From assembly GCA_022843285.1 (NCBI GenBank), contig JALHNY010000005.1, positions 10,315 through 74,314 on the forward strand: a stretch of 64,000 bases of DNA, in the 5' to 3' direction. Below are positions 52,708 to 60,620 of this stretch, in pieces (the stretch's first letter is position 1; the number at the start of each line of letters is the position of its first letter). The notes below the pieces were generated by a model. That model was not told the DNA's origin. It searched no databases and saw only the letters and a list, made by a program, of their open reading frames with translations. Both the position numbers and the translations under genes were made by a program. This stretch comes from Minisyncoccota bacterium (GTDB lineage Bacteria > Patescibacteriota > Minisyncoccia > UBA6257 > 2-01-FULL-56-20).

Positions 52708-53048
52708 CGACTCGAAGCGTCGCAGACCAACTCCTCGGGCTCGCGCGCGAGTACCATCTCAATCGAACCGAGAACCTCGGTCAGCGTCATCGCCCCGCGA
52801 AGGGACCGCTGCTCGCCCGTGAAGTCCAGGAGCACCTCATCAAGAGCGGCTACTTCCGACCTGAGTCCGTCGCAGTGTTCGCCGACGCGCTCGAGGTGCT
52901 GCTGCAGACTGCGCAACCGAAGTACGTCGCCAAGCCGAAGCAGAAGTTCGGCGAGAAGCGCGCGCCAACGATGACGTTCGAAGAGCGCCTGACGGCGGCT
53001 GAGAAGGAGGTGCTCAAAACGCCTCACCTCGAAAATAAAATCAAGTAG
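52704..53048 (+). CDS. hypothetical protein
   Basis: ATGA overlap with the upstream gene. Confidence 0.5.
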   Translation: MTTRSVADQLLGLAREYHLNRTENLGQRHRPAKGPLLAREVQEHLIKSGYFRPESVAVFADALEVLLQTAQPKYVAKPKQKFGEKRAPTMTFEERLTAAEKEVLKTPHLENKIK

Positions 53049-53051
53049 CGC

Positions 53052-53080
53052 TTGACACAGAATTCACATCTCAATAGAAG
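53052..53080 (+). promoter_or_regulatory. promoter TTGACA-N17-TAGAAG
   Basis: Read directly. It lies in the 126-nt gap ahead of the Sak4-like operon. Confidence 0.4.
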
Positions 53081-53174
53081 CGCGTCGAACACAGCAGCAC
53101 CGAACACCGCTGGACAGTCCAGCAGCCAAACCAAACCCATTTAGTCCTGCAGCATCCTACGAGGGGAACACCAC

Positions 53175-54050
53175 ATGGCAGCGAAGAAGTCGAAGGAACC
53201 GGCGCGCGAGGCGCCGGCGGCGAGCATTTCTGACCTCCCACCCGGAGGCGGAACGAAGGCCGTGAAGACTCGCCTCATCGGCATCTACGGGCCCCCGAAG
53301 TGTCGCAAGACGACCTCGGTCGCGTACCTCCCGATGGGCCGCACGAAGTGGCTCGTCAGTGACTCGAACTGCGCTGCGACGCTCGAGGCGCTCGACCGCA
53401 TGCCTGACTCGACCGACTTCTACGAGATGAAGTCGGTGGAGATGGCCAACGAGTGGATGAAGAAGCTGCTCGACCTCGTCGAGGCGAACGGCCCAGAGTC
53501 TCTCGGCATCGACTACCTCATCATCGACTCCCTCACGCAGTTCTACGAGTGGCACGCAACGGACGTCGCGGCGGCCACCGGTCAGACGTACCTGGGCCAG
53601 CTCAAAGGCTGGGACTCGAACGGCTACATGCAGTTCAACGCCACGTTCCTCCAGTTCCTCGACCTCATCGCCAGCGTCTCGAAGTACGTCACGGTCTTCT
53701 GCATCGCGCACAGCAAGGAGCTGCACGAGAAGCAGAAGAAGGGCGAGTTCGGCGGCCTGAACCTCGGCGGTCAGATGAGCATGGCGTTCGGCCGGAAGTG
53801 CAACTGGCTCCTGCTCAAGACGCTCACCATCCTCCCCGACGACGGCACGGTGAAGGAGTCCGAGACCATCACGAAGTACACGCGCGAAGACGGCATCGTC
53901 GAGTTCGAGGAGGACGTGCTCCACACGAAGTCCCTCGTCGACGGCTACTTCGCGGTCGCCAGCCTGAAGCTCAAGAACCGCGACCGCACGAAGTGGCCCG
54001 GCGACATCCGCGTGCTGCTCCGCGCCGAGGGGCTGCTCGACGATGAGTGA
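53175..54050 (+). CDS. Sak4-like (AAA_24) RecA-fold ATPase
   Basis: Walker A GIYGPPKCRKTT and Walker B YLIIDSLT. Confidence 0.6.
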   Translation: MAAKKSKEPAREAPAASISDLPPGGGTKAVKTRLIGIYGPPKCRKTTSVAYLPMGRTKWLVSDSNCAATLEALDRMPDSTDFYEMKSVEMANEWMKKLLDLVEANGPESLGIDYLIIDSLTQFYEWHATDVAAATGQTYLGQLKGWDSNGYMQFNATFLQFLDLIASVSKYVTVFCIAHSKELHEKQKKGEFGGLNLGGQMSMAFGRKCNWLLLKTLTILPDDGTVKESETITKYTREDGIVEFEEDVLHTKSLVDGYFAVASLKLKNRDRTKWPGDIRVLLRAEGLLDDE

Positions 54051-54339
54051 CTCCGTCTCGGTCAAGGTCACGCACCTGGAGTTCGAGGTGAAGCTCGCCT
54101 CTGACGGTGGTGGTGCGTTTCAGCTGCCCTCGAAGACCGTCAAGTTCATCTACGACGGCCGAGCGCTCGTCACCATCGACGAGGGCCGCATCGTCCAGAC
54201 GCTCACGAAGCCGAACGTCTCCCTCATCAACCTCAAGGTCGAAGAGCAGCTCGAGGAGCTCGCGCTCGACGTCAACGAATTCATCCGAGGTCTCCTCGGC
54301 GAACGGACCGGGCCGCCCCCGGGAAAACCGACGACGTAG
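54043..54339 (+). CDS. hypothetical protein
   Basis: Overlaps the upstream gene. Confidence 0.5.
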   Translation: MSDSVSVKVTHLEFEVKLASDGGGAFQLPSKTVKFIYDGRALVTIDEGRIVQTLTKPNVSLINLKVEEQLEELALDVNEFIRGLLGERTGPPPGKPTT

Positions 54340-54393
54340 TCGGACATCAGGTCAACACCCAAACCAACAACCAACACCCAGGACACAACCATC

Positions 54394-55002
54394 ATGGCAA
54401 TTCAGAACACGGGGAAAGCGGAAGTCGAAATCATCGCAGGCGGCAAGACCTCGAGCGGCACGCCGAAGGGCGTGTACCACATCGTCGTCACCGAGAGCGG
54501 CACCGACCAGAGCGCCGGTGACGCGAACGCGACGCCCCCGAAGCCCCAGCGCGGCTGCATCGTGCTGACGCTCGCCGTCACCAAGAAGGACAAGCTCAAC
54601 GTCAGCAAGCAGGGCAAGAAGCTGATGCAGGACCGCACGTACTTCGGCGCGAAGGAAGACGACGAAGACAAGTTCGCCATGATGCAGGGCATGGTGAAGA
54701 AGAAGCTGTACGCCGGGTTCAACCTGCCGTGGCCGAAGGACGGCAAGAAGGTCGACCCCCGCATCTTCCAGAACAAGGAAGCCTTCATCTGGGTCGACAA
54801 GGGCTCGAAGCCGGACGAGAACGGCGACTTCCGCACCCAGGTGCAGGCCGTCGCGGTCACCGAGGACAAGCTCCCCAAGAAGGCGAAGGAGTGGCTGGCT
54901 GCAGCTCGCAGCGGCAAGCTCCCCAAGGCCGACGAGGATGGCGAGACGTCGGGCGACGCTGAGACGACGACCGAGACGCCCTCGAAGCCGCCCCGCCGCT
55001 GA
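54394..55002 (+). CDS. possible ssDNA-binding protein (DUF669-like position after the Sak4-type ATPase)
   Basis: 202 aa. The functional call rests mainly on gene neighbourhood. Confidence 0.35.
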   Translation: MAIQNTGKAEVEIIAGGKTSSGTPKGVYHIVVTESGTDQSAGDANATPPKPQRGCIVLTLAVTKKDKLNVSKQGKKLMQDRTYFGAKEDDEDKFAMMQGMVKKKLYAGFNLPWPKDGKKVDPRIFQNKEAFIWVDKGSKPDENGDFRTQVQAVAVTEDKLPKKAKEWLAAARSGKLPKADEDGETSGDAETTTETPSKPPRR

Positions 55003-55272
55003 AGAATTCGTGTCACGGTTCCGAGAAGGCATGCTCGGCGTGACGCGGTGAGAGAAGCATCGTGCCGGTCTGATGTGTCCGGCCGTTCTCGGTCCCGTAG
55101 AGCGTCTCTCGAACGGGCATCTCTCCAACAGGAAGAGCGAGGCTGAGTCGGTCAGTCCATGAAGCAGGCCCTGAGGTGCTCCCCCGCATCTCGCCCTGAC
55201 TTCAGCTCCTCGTAGCCCCGTCTGCAGGGGAACCGTACAGGCAGCGCCCCCCGACGAGACCGGGGATTCGAT

Positions 55273-55356
55273 GGGCACGATGCTCTACTGGACTGAGCGC
55301 CGGGCTGTAAACCCGGTGAGCGCAAGCTCAAGCAGGTTCGATTCCTGCCGGGCCCA
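55273..55356 (+). tRNA. tRNA-Tyr (anticodon GTA), type II with a long variable arm, no encoded CCA
   Basis: Acceptor stem GGGCACG/CGGGCCC with one A-G mismatch. D-stem GCTC/GAGC. Anticodon stem CCGGG/CCCGG with loop CTGTAAA. Variable arm GAGC-GCAA-GCTC. T-arm GCAGG-TTCGATT-CCTGC. Confidence 0.55.
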
Positions 55357-55380
55357 CTCCTTCTACGAGGAGAAACACCA

Positions 55381-55674
55381 ATGGCGAAGTTCCCCAAAGC
55401 AACCCTGAAGCAGAAGACCGCCCTCATGCAGTTGGAGGCCATTCGAAAAGGCCGCTGCCTCGGATACTTCCGGGCGGCGACAGCTGAACTCTCCAGCTGC
55501 CCCGAGCGTGACCTTCTCCTGATGCTCTCCAAGGCGCAGGTGAAGAAGTTCCTCGACGCGGTGGACGTCCTGAACGACCTGGACACCGTCGCGCACGACA
55601 ACGTCTTCGCGTCCCTTGACCGCGTCATCAACCCCGGGCTTCCCCGGGGTCAGTACAGAGGCAGCCAGCGATGA
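55381..55674 (+). CDS. hypothetical protein
   Basis: GAGGAG RBS. Confidence 0.5.
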   Translation: MAKFPKATLKQKTALMQLEAIRKGRCLGYFRAATAELSSCPERDLLLMLSKAQVKKFLDAVDVLNDLDTVAHDNVFASLDRVINPGLPRGQYRGSQR

Positions 55675-55931
55675 AGAAGCTCACCAACACCGATGTGACG
55701 ACGTACATCCGACGTCTCGTCAAATCGCACGGCATCGACATCGTCATCTGGGACGCCCACAACACCGGGCTGCTCGGCCTGCGGGGCAAGAAGGAAACCG
55801 CCCTCATCTTCGACCTGCTCTCGTCGCTCCGCACGGTCGCGACGACCGGAGTGCTCCCCGTCTTCACCGAAGACCTGGCTGAGTCCGCCAAGAAGGCGGT
55901 GAAGACGAAGAAGAAGGTCCCCTCGCCGTGA
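55671..55931 (+). CDS. hypothetical protein
   Basis: ATGA overlap with the upstream gene. Confidence 0.5.
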   Translation: MKKLTNTDVTTYIRRLVKSHGIDIVIWDAHNTGLLGLRGKKETALIFDLLSSLRTVATTGVLPVFTEDLAESAKKAVKTKKKVPSP

Positions 55932-56680
55932 AGAACTCCGACGATGACGTGCGCCTCACGCGCCCGCACCCGCGAGGGCCCGAGGCGATGGGCGCGAAGT
56001 GCTCCGAGTGCCCGCTGAAGAACCGTCCGACCGTCTTCGGTGACGGGGACCCGAACGCGAAGTTCGCCATCATCGGCGACTACCCCTCGGGCAAGGACGC
56101 CGACCGGGGCATCCCCTTCCTCGCTCGAGGCGGAGAGACGCTCGAGCTGATGCTCCAGAAGCTGGGGCTCTTCCGCAAGCACGTGTGGCTCGACAACGCC
56201 GTCATGTGCTTTCCGCCCGACGGTGACTTGAAGAGCTTCCTCCAGGTGCAGCGCAAGCTGCTCAAGAACGACTTCCGGGACCCCGTCGACTGCTGCCGTC
56301 CACGGCTGCTCACCGCGCTCCGCGTGCCGAAGTGCGGCGCGTGCCACCAGTTTCTCGCAGGGCCTGATGCCGAGCGCTGCGCGTGCAAGACGCCCATCAT
56401 CAGCTCGAAGCCTTCGGTGCCGCCGGTGGCGGTGCTCTACACCGGCAACACGGGAATGCTCGCGCTCCACGGCACCACCGGCATCACCGAGAAGCGCGGC
56501 TACACTGACTGGAACGGTCGCCCCGAGAAGCGCCCCATTCCGAGCCAGAGCCCCAACGGAAAGCGGCTCAAGGCGAAGGAGTGGCTCGACCTGTACTGCG
56601 CGCCTGAGGGCGGCGTTCGAGGCGTGGTGAAGACCGCGAAGACCGCTCCGGTGAAGGCGAAGAGGAAGCAGCGGGCGTGA
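55928..56680 (+). CDS. uracil-DNA glycosylase, family 4/5-like
   Basis: KCSECPLKNRPTVFGDGDPNAKFAIIGDYPS...GIPFLARGGETL matches the UDG family-4 pattern of Thermus UDGa (C..C.L..R..VFGEG.P.AK.MIVGEAPG...G.PFVG.AG..L). Confidence 0.6.
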   Translation: MKNSDDDVRLTRPHPRGPEAMGAKCSECPLKNRPTVFGDGDPNAKFAIIGDYPSGKDADRGIPFLARGGETLELMLQKLGLFRKHVWLDNAVMCFPPDGDLKSFLQVQRKLLKNDFRDPVDCCRPRLLTALRVPKCGACHQFLAGPDAERCACKTPIISSKPSVPPVAVLYTGNTGMLALHGTTGITEKRGYTDWNGRPEKRPIPSQSPNGKRLKAKEWLDLYCAPEGGVRGVVKTAKTAPVKAKRKQRA

Positions 56681-56877
56681 CCTACTACGAGGCCCGACGC
56701 CAGGCGCGCGCCATCCTCGGTCCGGCCGCCGACGTCGAAGAGGCGAAGAGCAAAGCGTTTCCGTTTCGGGTCGGCGTGATGACGAAGGTCGACCGGGGCC
56801 TCCCCCGCTTCGTCATCGTGGCCGCTGCAGCGAGCTGGGATGAGGCGCTCGAGGAAGCGCGTCGTCGACAAGAGTGA
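56677..56877 (+). CDS. hypothetical protein
   Basis: GTG start overlapping the upstream stop (GTGA). Confidence 0.4.
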   Translation: MTYYEARRQARAILGPAADVEEAKSKAFPFRVGVMTKVDRGLPRFVIVAAAASWDEALEEARRRQE

Positions 56878-56900
56878 AGTCCACCTACGAGGAGCAGCAC

Positions 56901-58700
56901 ATGGCAGCGAAGAAGGCAGCACCCCTGAAGAAGCGTCCGAAGAACAAAGGCGTCGAGGTCATTCCGTGGGAGGGCACGGGCCGTACGCCGACCGAGAAAG
57001 CGTCCGAGCCTGAGGTCATCGCGACAGACGGTGAGAGCAAAACCACCTTCAAGGTCCTCACGCCCCCCAAGCTCTACAAGCGGCCGAAGCTCACCGCCGA
57101 AGCGGTGCTGAAGTTCTTCCCGTTCCCGAAGGTGCGCGACATCCAGAAGTACGCCCTCGAAGAGCTCGTGAAGTTCTACAACGCGGGCGCGAAGTACGTC
57201 TTCGTCGAGGCGCCCGTGGGCACCGGCAAGTCGGGCATCGCCGTGGCGTTCGCGCGAGCCATCGAGGCGGCCGGCGGGAACACCTTCATGGTGACGCTCA
57301 CCGAGCACCTGCAGGACCAGTACATGCGCGACTTTGCCGAGCACGGACTCAAAGCGCTCAAGGGCCGCGGGAAGTACCGCTGCGACAAAGCGGGCGGCTC
57401 GTGCGCTGTCGGTCGTACGCTCAAGCTCAAGTGCAACGACTGCCCGTACCAGACGGCGAAGGTCCAGGCGTTCGCGGCGCCGCACATGGTGTGCAACTAC
57501 CACTCGTTCCTCGCGAACACTGGTGGCCCCGGGTACACGCGCGCGATGGAAGCGTTCGAAGCGAACTCGACGCCCGAAGACGGCCCCGCCGCACGTGACG
57601 TCGCCATCTGGGACGAAGCCCACACGATGGAGGCGTTCCTCCTCGAGCAGATGGGACTCGACGTCGACCTCTCGAAGCTCGGCATCGCCATCGCGTCGCC
57701 GCTGCCTGACACGCAGTCGGACCCCACGCCGTACTTCGACCTGCTCAAGGGTCAAATCCTCCCGGCCGTCGAGAAGGAGCTGAAGGCCACCGTCGACCCG
57801 AACGAGCGCGAGCGGCTCGAGCTGTTCCAGCTGGCCGCGCTGAGCGCCCTCTCGCGCCGTGAGACTGACGACTGGGTGCCGGAGCGCCCCGAGCTGCGCG
57901 GTGGTCAGCTCGACCCCTCGCGCTTCATCATGAAGCCCCTCAAGGTCGCTGCGTACGGCCCGCAGCTTCACGGCTGGGCCGACTTCAACATCTTCATGTC
58001 GGGCACCATCCTCTCGGCGTGGCAGATGGTGATGAACCTCGGACTCGACGCTGACGCCGGAGAGCACATCGTCGTCCCTTCGCCATTCCCCGCGAAGAAC
58101 CGCCCCATCTTCGCGACGCGGCTCGACATGACGTTCAAGTCGCGCGACGAGAGCTGGCCCATCGCCTTCAAGCTCATCGACCGCCTGATGACGCTCCACG
58201 CGAAGGACAAGGGCATGCTGCTGGTGCCCTCGAACGCAATGCTCGACGCCATCAAGAAGGGCCTCTCTCCGGCGAACGCGGTGCGCATCATCACGGCGAG
58301 CGGTGACACGCGGCTCAAGAAGTACCAGGAGCACATCGACAGCCGGTCCCCCACGGTGCTCGCCGCGCCGGGCATGTGGGAGGGCGCCGACCTGAAGGGC
58401 GACGCGTCGCGTTTCCAAATCATCCCGGCCATCCCTCGCGCGTTCTTCAAGGGGCAAATCGCGGCCCGCGCGAAGGTCGACAAGCAGTGGTACCGCTGGC
58501 TGAACTACACCAAGTTCCTCCAGGGCACCGGCCGCTCCATTCGCGATGAGAACGACTTCGCGGCCACGTACGTGCTCGACCAAGATTTGTTGATTGAAGC
58601 CGAGCGCGACGACTCGCTCATCCCCGCGTGGTGCCGCGAGGCCATCATCGACGGGCTCCCGAAGCTGCCCGAAGTGGCGAAGCCGGGGAGGGTGCGATGA
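56901..58700 (+). CDS. DinG/XPD-family (Rad3-like) Fe-S helicase
   Basis: Walker A VEAPVGTGKS. Four-Cys Fe-S insert YRCDKAGGSCAV...KCNDCPY. DEAH-like box WDEAH. Motif VI GRSIR. GAGGAG RBS. Confidence 0.7.
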   Translation: MAAKKAAPLKKRPKNKGVEVIPWEGTGRTPTEKASEPEVIATDGESKTTFKVLTPPKLYKRPKLTAEAVLKFFPFPKVRDIQKYALEELVKFYNAGAKYVFVEAPVGTGKSGIAVAFARAIEAAGGNTFMVTLTEHLQDQYMRDFAEHGLKALKGRGKYRCDKAGGSCAVGRTLKLKCNDCPYQTAKVQAFAAPHMVCNYHSFLANTGGPGYTRAMEAFEANSTPEDGPAARDVAIWDEAHTMEAFLLEQMGLDVDLSKLGIAIASPLPDTQSDPTPYFDLLKGQILPAVEKELKATVDPNERERLELFQLAALSALSRRETDDWVPERPELRGGQLDPSRFIMKPLKVAAYGPQLHGWADFNIFMSGTILSAWQMVMNLGLDADAGEHIVVPSPFPAKNRPIFATRLDMTFKSRDESWPIAFKLIDRLMTLHAKDKGMLLVPSNAMLDAIKKGLSPANAVRIITASGDTRLKKYQEHIDSRSPTVLAAPGMWEGADLKGDASRFQIIPAIPRAFFKGQIAARAKVDKQWYRWLNYTKFLQGTGRSIRDENDFAATYVLDQDLLIEAERDDSLIPAWCREAIIDGLPKLPEVAKPGRVR

Positions 58701-58897
58701 GCGATGAATCTGACCCTCCGATGTTCCTCGTCGTCGTGATTGTCGTCGGGCTGTTCGTCATAGGGGCCATTGTCGGCAGCTCCTGTGAAGGCGGGCGGGC
58801 TCGAGAACGGGGCTACCGCGAAGGAATCGAAGCGGTGTGCGCGCCGTCGACACCGCTCCTCACGGCTGATGGGAAGTTCGCGAGGTGCTCACCGTGA
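58697..58897 (+). CDS. small membrane protein
   Basis: ATGA overlap. TM segment MFLVVVIVVGLFVIGAIVG. Confidence 0.4.
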   Translation: MSDESDPPMFLVVVIVVGLFVIGAIVGSSCEGGRARERGYREGIEAVCAPSTPLLTADGKFARCSP

Positions 58898-59151
58898 GCA
58901 CGCCCGACCTCCCCGTCATCTCCGACATCTCTCTCATGGTCGAACCGAGCGGGGACTACTTCACGGCCCGCGTCGTCAGCATCTCCGGCAAGCTCGGCAT
59001 CGGGCTCCCCGAAGACGACATGGACCAGCTCAAGGGCCTCCAGGCGCTCCGCACGCGCGTGGTGAACCTCGTCGCCGTTTCTCGCTCGAAGCGCAAGGCA
59101 ACCGTCTACCTGCTCCGCGCCATCGCGGACGAACTCGAGGCCATCCGATGA
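58894..59151 (+). CDS. hypothetical protein
   Basis: GTG start overlapping the upstream stop. An alternative GTG lies at 58885. Confidence 0.4.
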   Translation: MSTPDLPVISDISLMVEPSGDYFTARVVSISGKLGIGLPEDDMDQLKGLQALRTRVVNLVAVSRSKRKATVYLLRAIADELEAIR

Positions 59152-59456
59152 GAGTCAAAATCGTCACCGAGGTGCAGCTCGCCGACGACGAGGCCAACCG
59201 CATCTTCCGGCGCAAGCTCCACGCGCTGACGGAGCAGCCCGCTCATTGGGTCAAGAACGGGAAGGTCTGGCAGGACGACCCGGAGTGGCGCCACGGCTCG
59301 GTCTCCGAAGAAGAGGTGAAGCTCTCAAAAACCGAGCTGCCCAAACGCATCGCGTACCTGAAGTGGCGGGCGAAGCTCGCCGACGCTGCGCAGACCCTCA
59401 TCGACACGCTGAACGCAGAGCCGAAGACCAAGGAGAAGGAGCAATTCGATGACTGA
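59148..59456 (+). CDS. hypothetical protein
   Basis: ATGA overlap with the upstream gene. Confidence 0.45.
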   Translation: MRVKIVTEVQLADDEANRIFRRKLHALTEQPAHWVKNGKVWQDDPEWRHGSVSEEEVKLSKTELPKRIAYLKWRAKLADAAQTLIDTLNAEPKTKEKEQFDD

Positions 59457-60036
59457 CGTCGACATCAACGGCTGGTGCAAACGCAACGTGCCCTTCACGT
59501 CGTGCGCCGCATGCATGAAGGACCTGCAGAAGGACCTCGTCACGCCCAAGGAGCTGCAGGAGCTCGCTGACACGGCGCGCGAACTCTCCAGCTCCCCCTT
59601 CCCCTTCCCCCATTCGCCGTACGTCGCGGTCTCGCGAAAAGCGCTTCAGAACCTGCTCGCTGCGTTCGCCGTCAAGTCGCAGCAGCTGTTCAACCTCGAG
59701 CAGCAGCAGGGAGCACTCTCTGCAGCCGCCCAAGTCGCGCAGAAGCTCATGCCCCAGACGCCTCCGGCGCCACAGCGCCCAACCATCGGTCGCGTGCTGC
59801 ACATCACGGAGTACCGGGAGACGGGTTTCGGGAAGCATGAAACCGCCATCATCTTCCCGGCCATCGTCTACCGCGTCACCGACGACCAGATGGACGTGGC
59901 GGCGTTCAGCCCCGAGGCCTGCGGCATTCAGCTCAAGGGCCTCCACCCGACCGAGCCCGGCCTCATCACGCTCATCGAGCACACCGACGGCGTGCACCAC
60001 TCGTACAGCTGGGACTGGCCCCCGAGGGCGTCATGA
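59449..60036 (+). CDS. hypothetical protein
   Basis: Overlaps the upstream stop. 195 aa. Confidence 0.5.
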   Translation: MTDVDINGWCKRNVPFTSCAACMKDLQKDLVTPKELQELADTARELSSSPFPFPHSPYVAVSRKALQNLLAAFAVKSQQLFNLEQQQGALSAAAQVAQKLMPQTPPAPQRPTIGRVLHITEYRETGFGKHETAIIFPAIVYRVTDDQMDVAAFSPEACGIQLKGLHPTEPGLITLIEHTDGVHHSYSWDWPPRAS

Positions 60037-60353
60037 GCGGCACCACTGAAGGTCCATCGTTCTTCACCCTGTCACCCGACACGTGGAGCGCGCAGAACGG
60101 AAAACGCATTCCGCTTCCCGGCGAGACGTGGCGACACATGAAGAGCGGCAAGGCGTACACCGTTCTCCACCTCGCCACCGACGAGGCGACGATGGAGACG
60201 CTCATCGCGTACCAGAGCGCGTACGACGGTGAGCGCCGGGTGTGGGTTCGCACACTGGAGAATTTCCTCTGGCGCGACCTCTCTGAGAACACGCCGATGA
60301 AAGACCGCGAGCCTCGCTTCCGTCCGGCCGAACTGCATCCCATCGGGAAGTGA
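60033..60353 (+). CDS. DUF1653-like protein
   Basis: The pattern WRHMKSGKAYTVLHLATDEATMETLIAYQSAYDGERRVWVRTLENF resembles DUF1653. Confidence 0.4.
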   Translation: MSGTTEGPSFFTLSPDTWSAQNGKRIPLPGETWRHMKSGKAYTVLHLATDEATMETLIAYQSAYDGERRVWVRTLENFLWRDLSENTPMKDREPRFRPAELHPIGK

Positions 60354-60616
60354 TGGACGGCCGCATCAAAGGCGTGCTCGAGGACCTGCTCCGCCAGTAC
60401 GGGCTCCACGAGCTGGCGAACAACATCGAGTGGGCCGCTGAGGCGGTCGAGTACCGCGAAGACATCGAGAAGCTCATTCACGAAGACACCAACCAAGCCC
60501 TGCGCGCAGGGCGTTGGAACGACCTCGGCCTCACCGTCAATCAAGCGCACACCGGCCGTGAGCGCGCGATGAAGATGGCTCACACGCTCACTCGAAGAAA
60601 CGTGAGAAAGACCTGA
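60350..60616 (+). CDS. hypothetical protein
   Basis: Overlaps the upstream stop. Confidence 0.45.
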   Translation: MMDGRIKGVLEDLLRQYGLHELANNIEWAAEAVEYREDIEKLIHEDTNQALRAGRWNDLGLTVNQAHTGRERAMKMAHTLTRRNVRKT

Positions 60617-60620
60617 CGCA

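Noticed and set aside
55003-55272. A second tRNA or structured ncRNA upstream of tRNA-Tyr (GGGGATTCGATGG resembles a T-arm)
   Set aside because: I could not fold a cloverleaf, so I left it as a non-coding region of unknown role.
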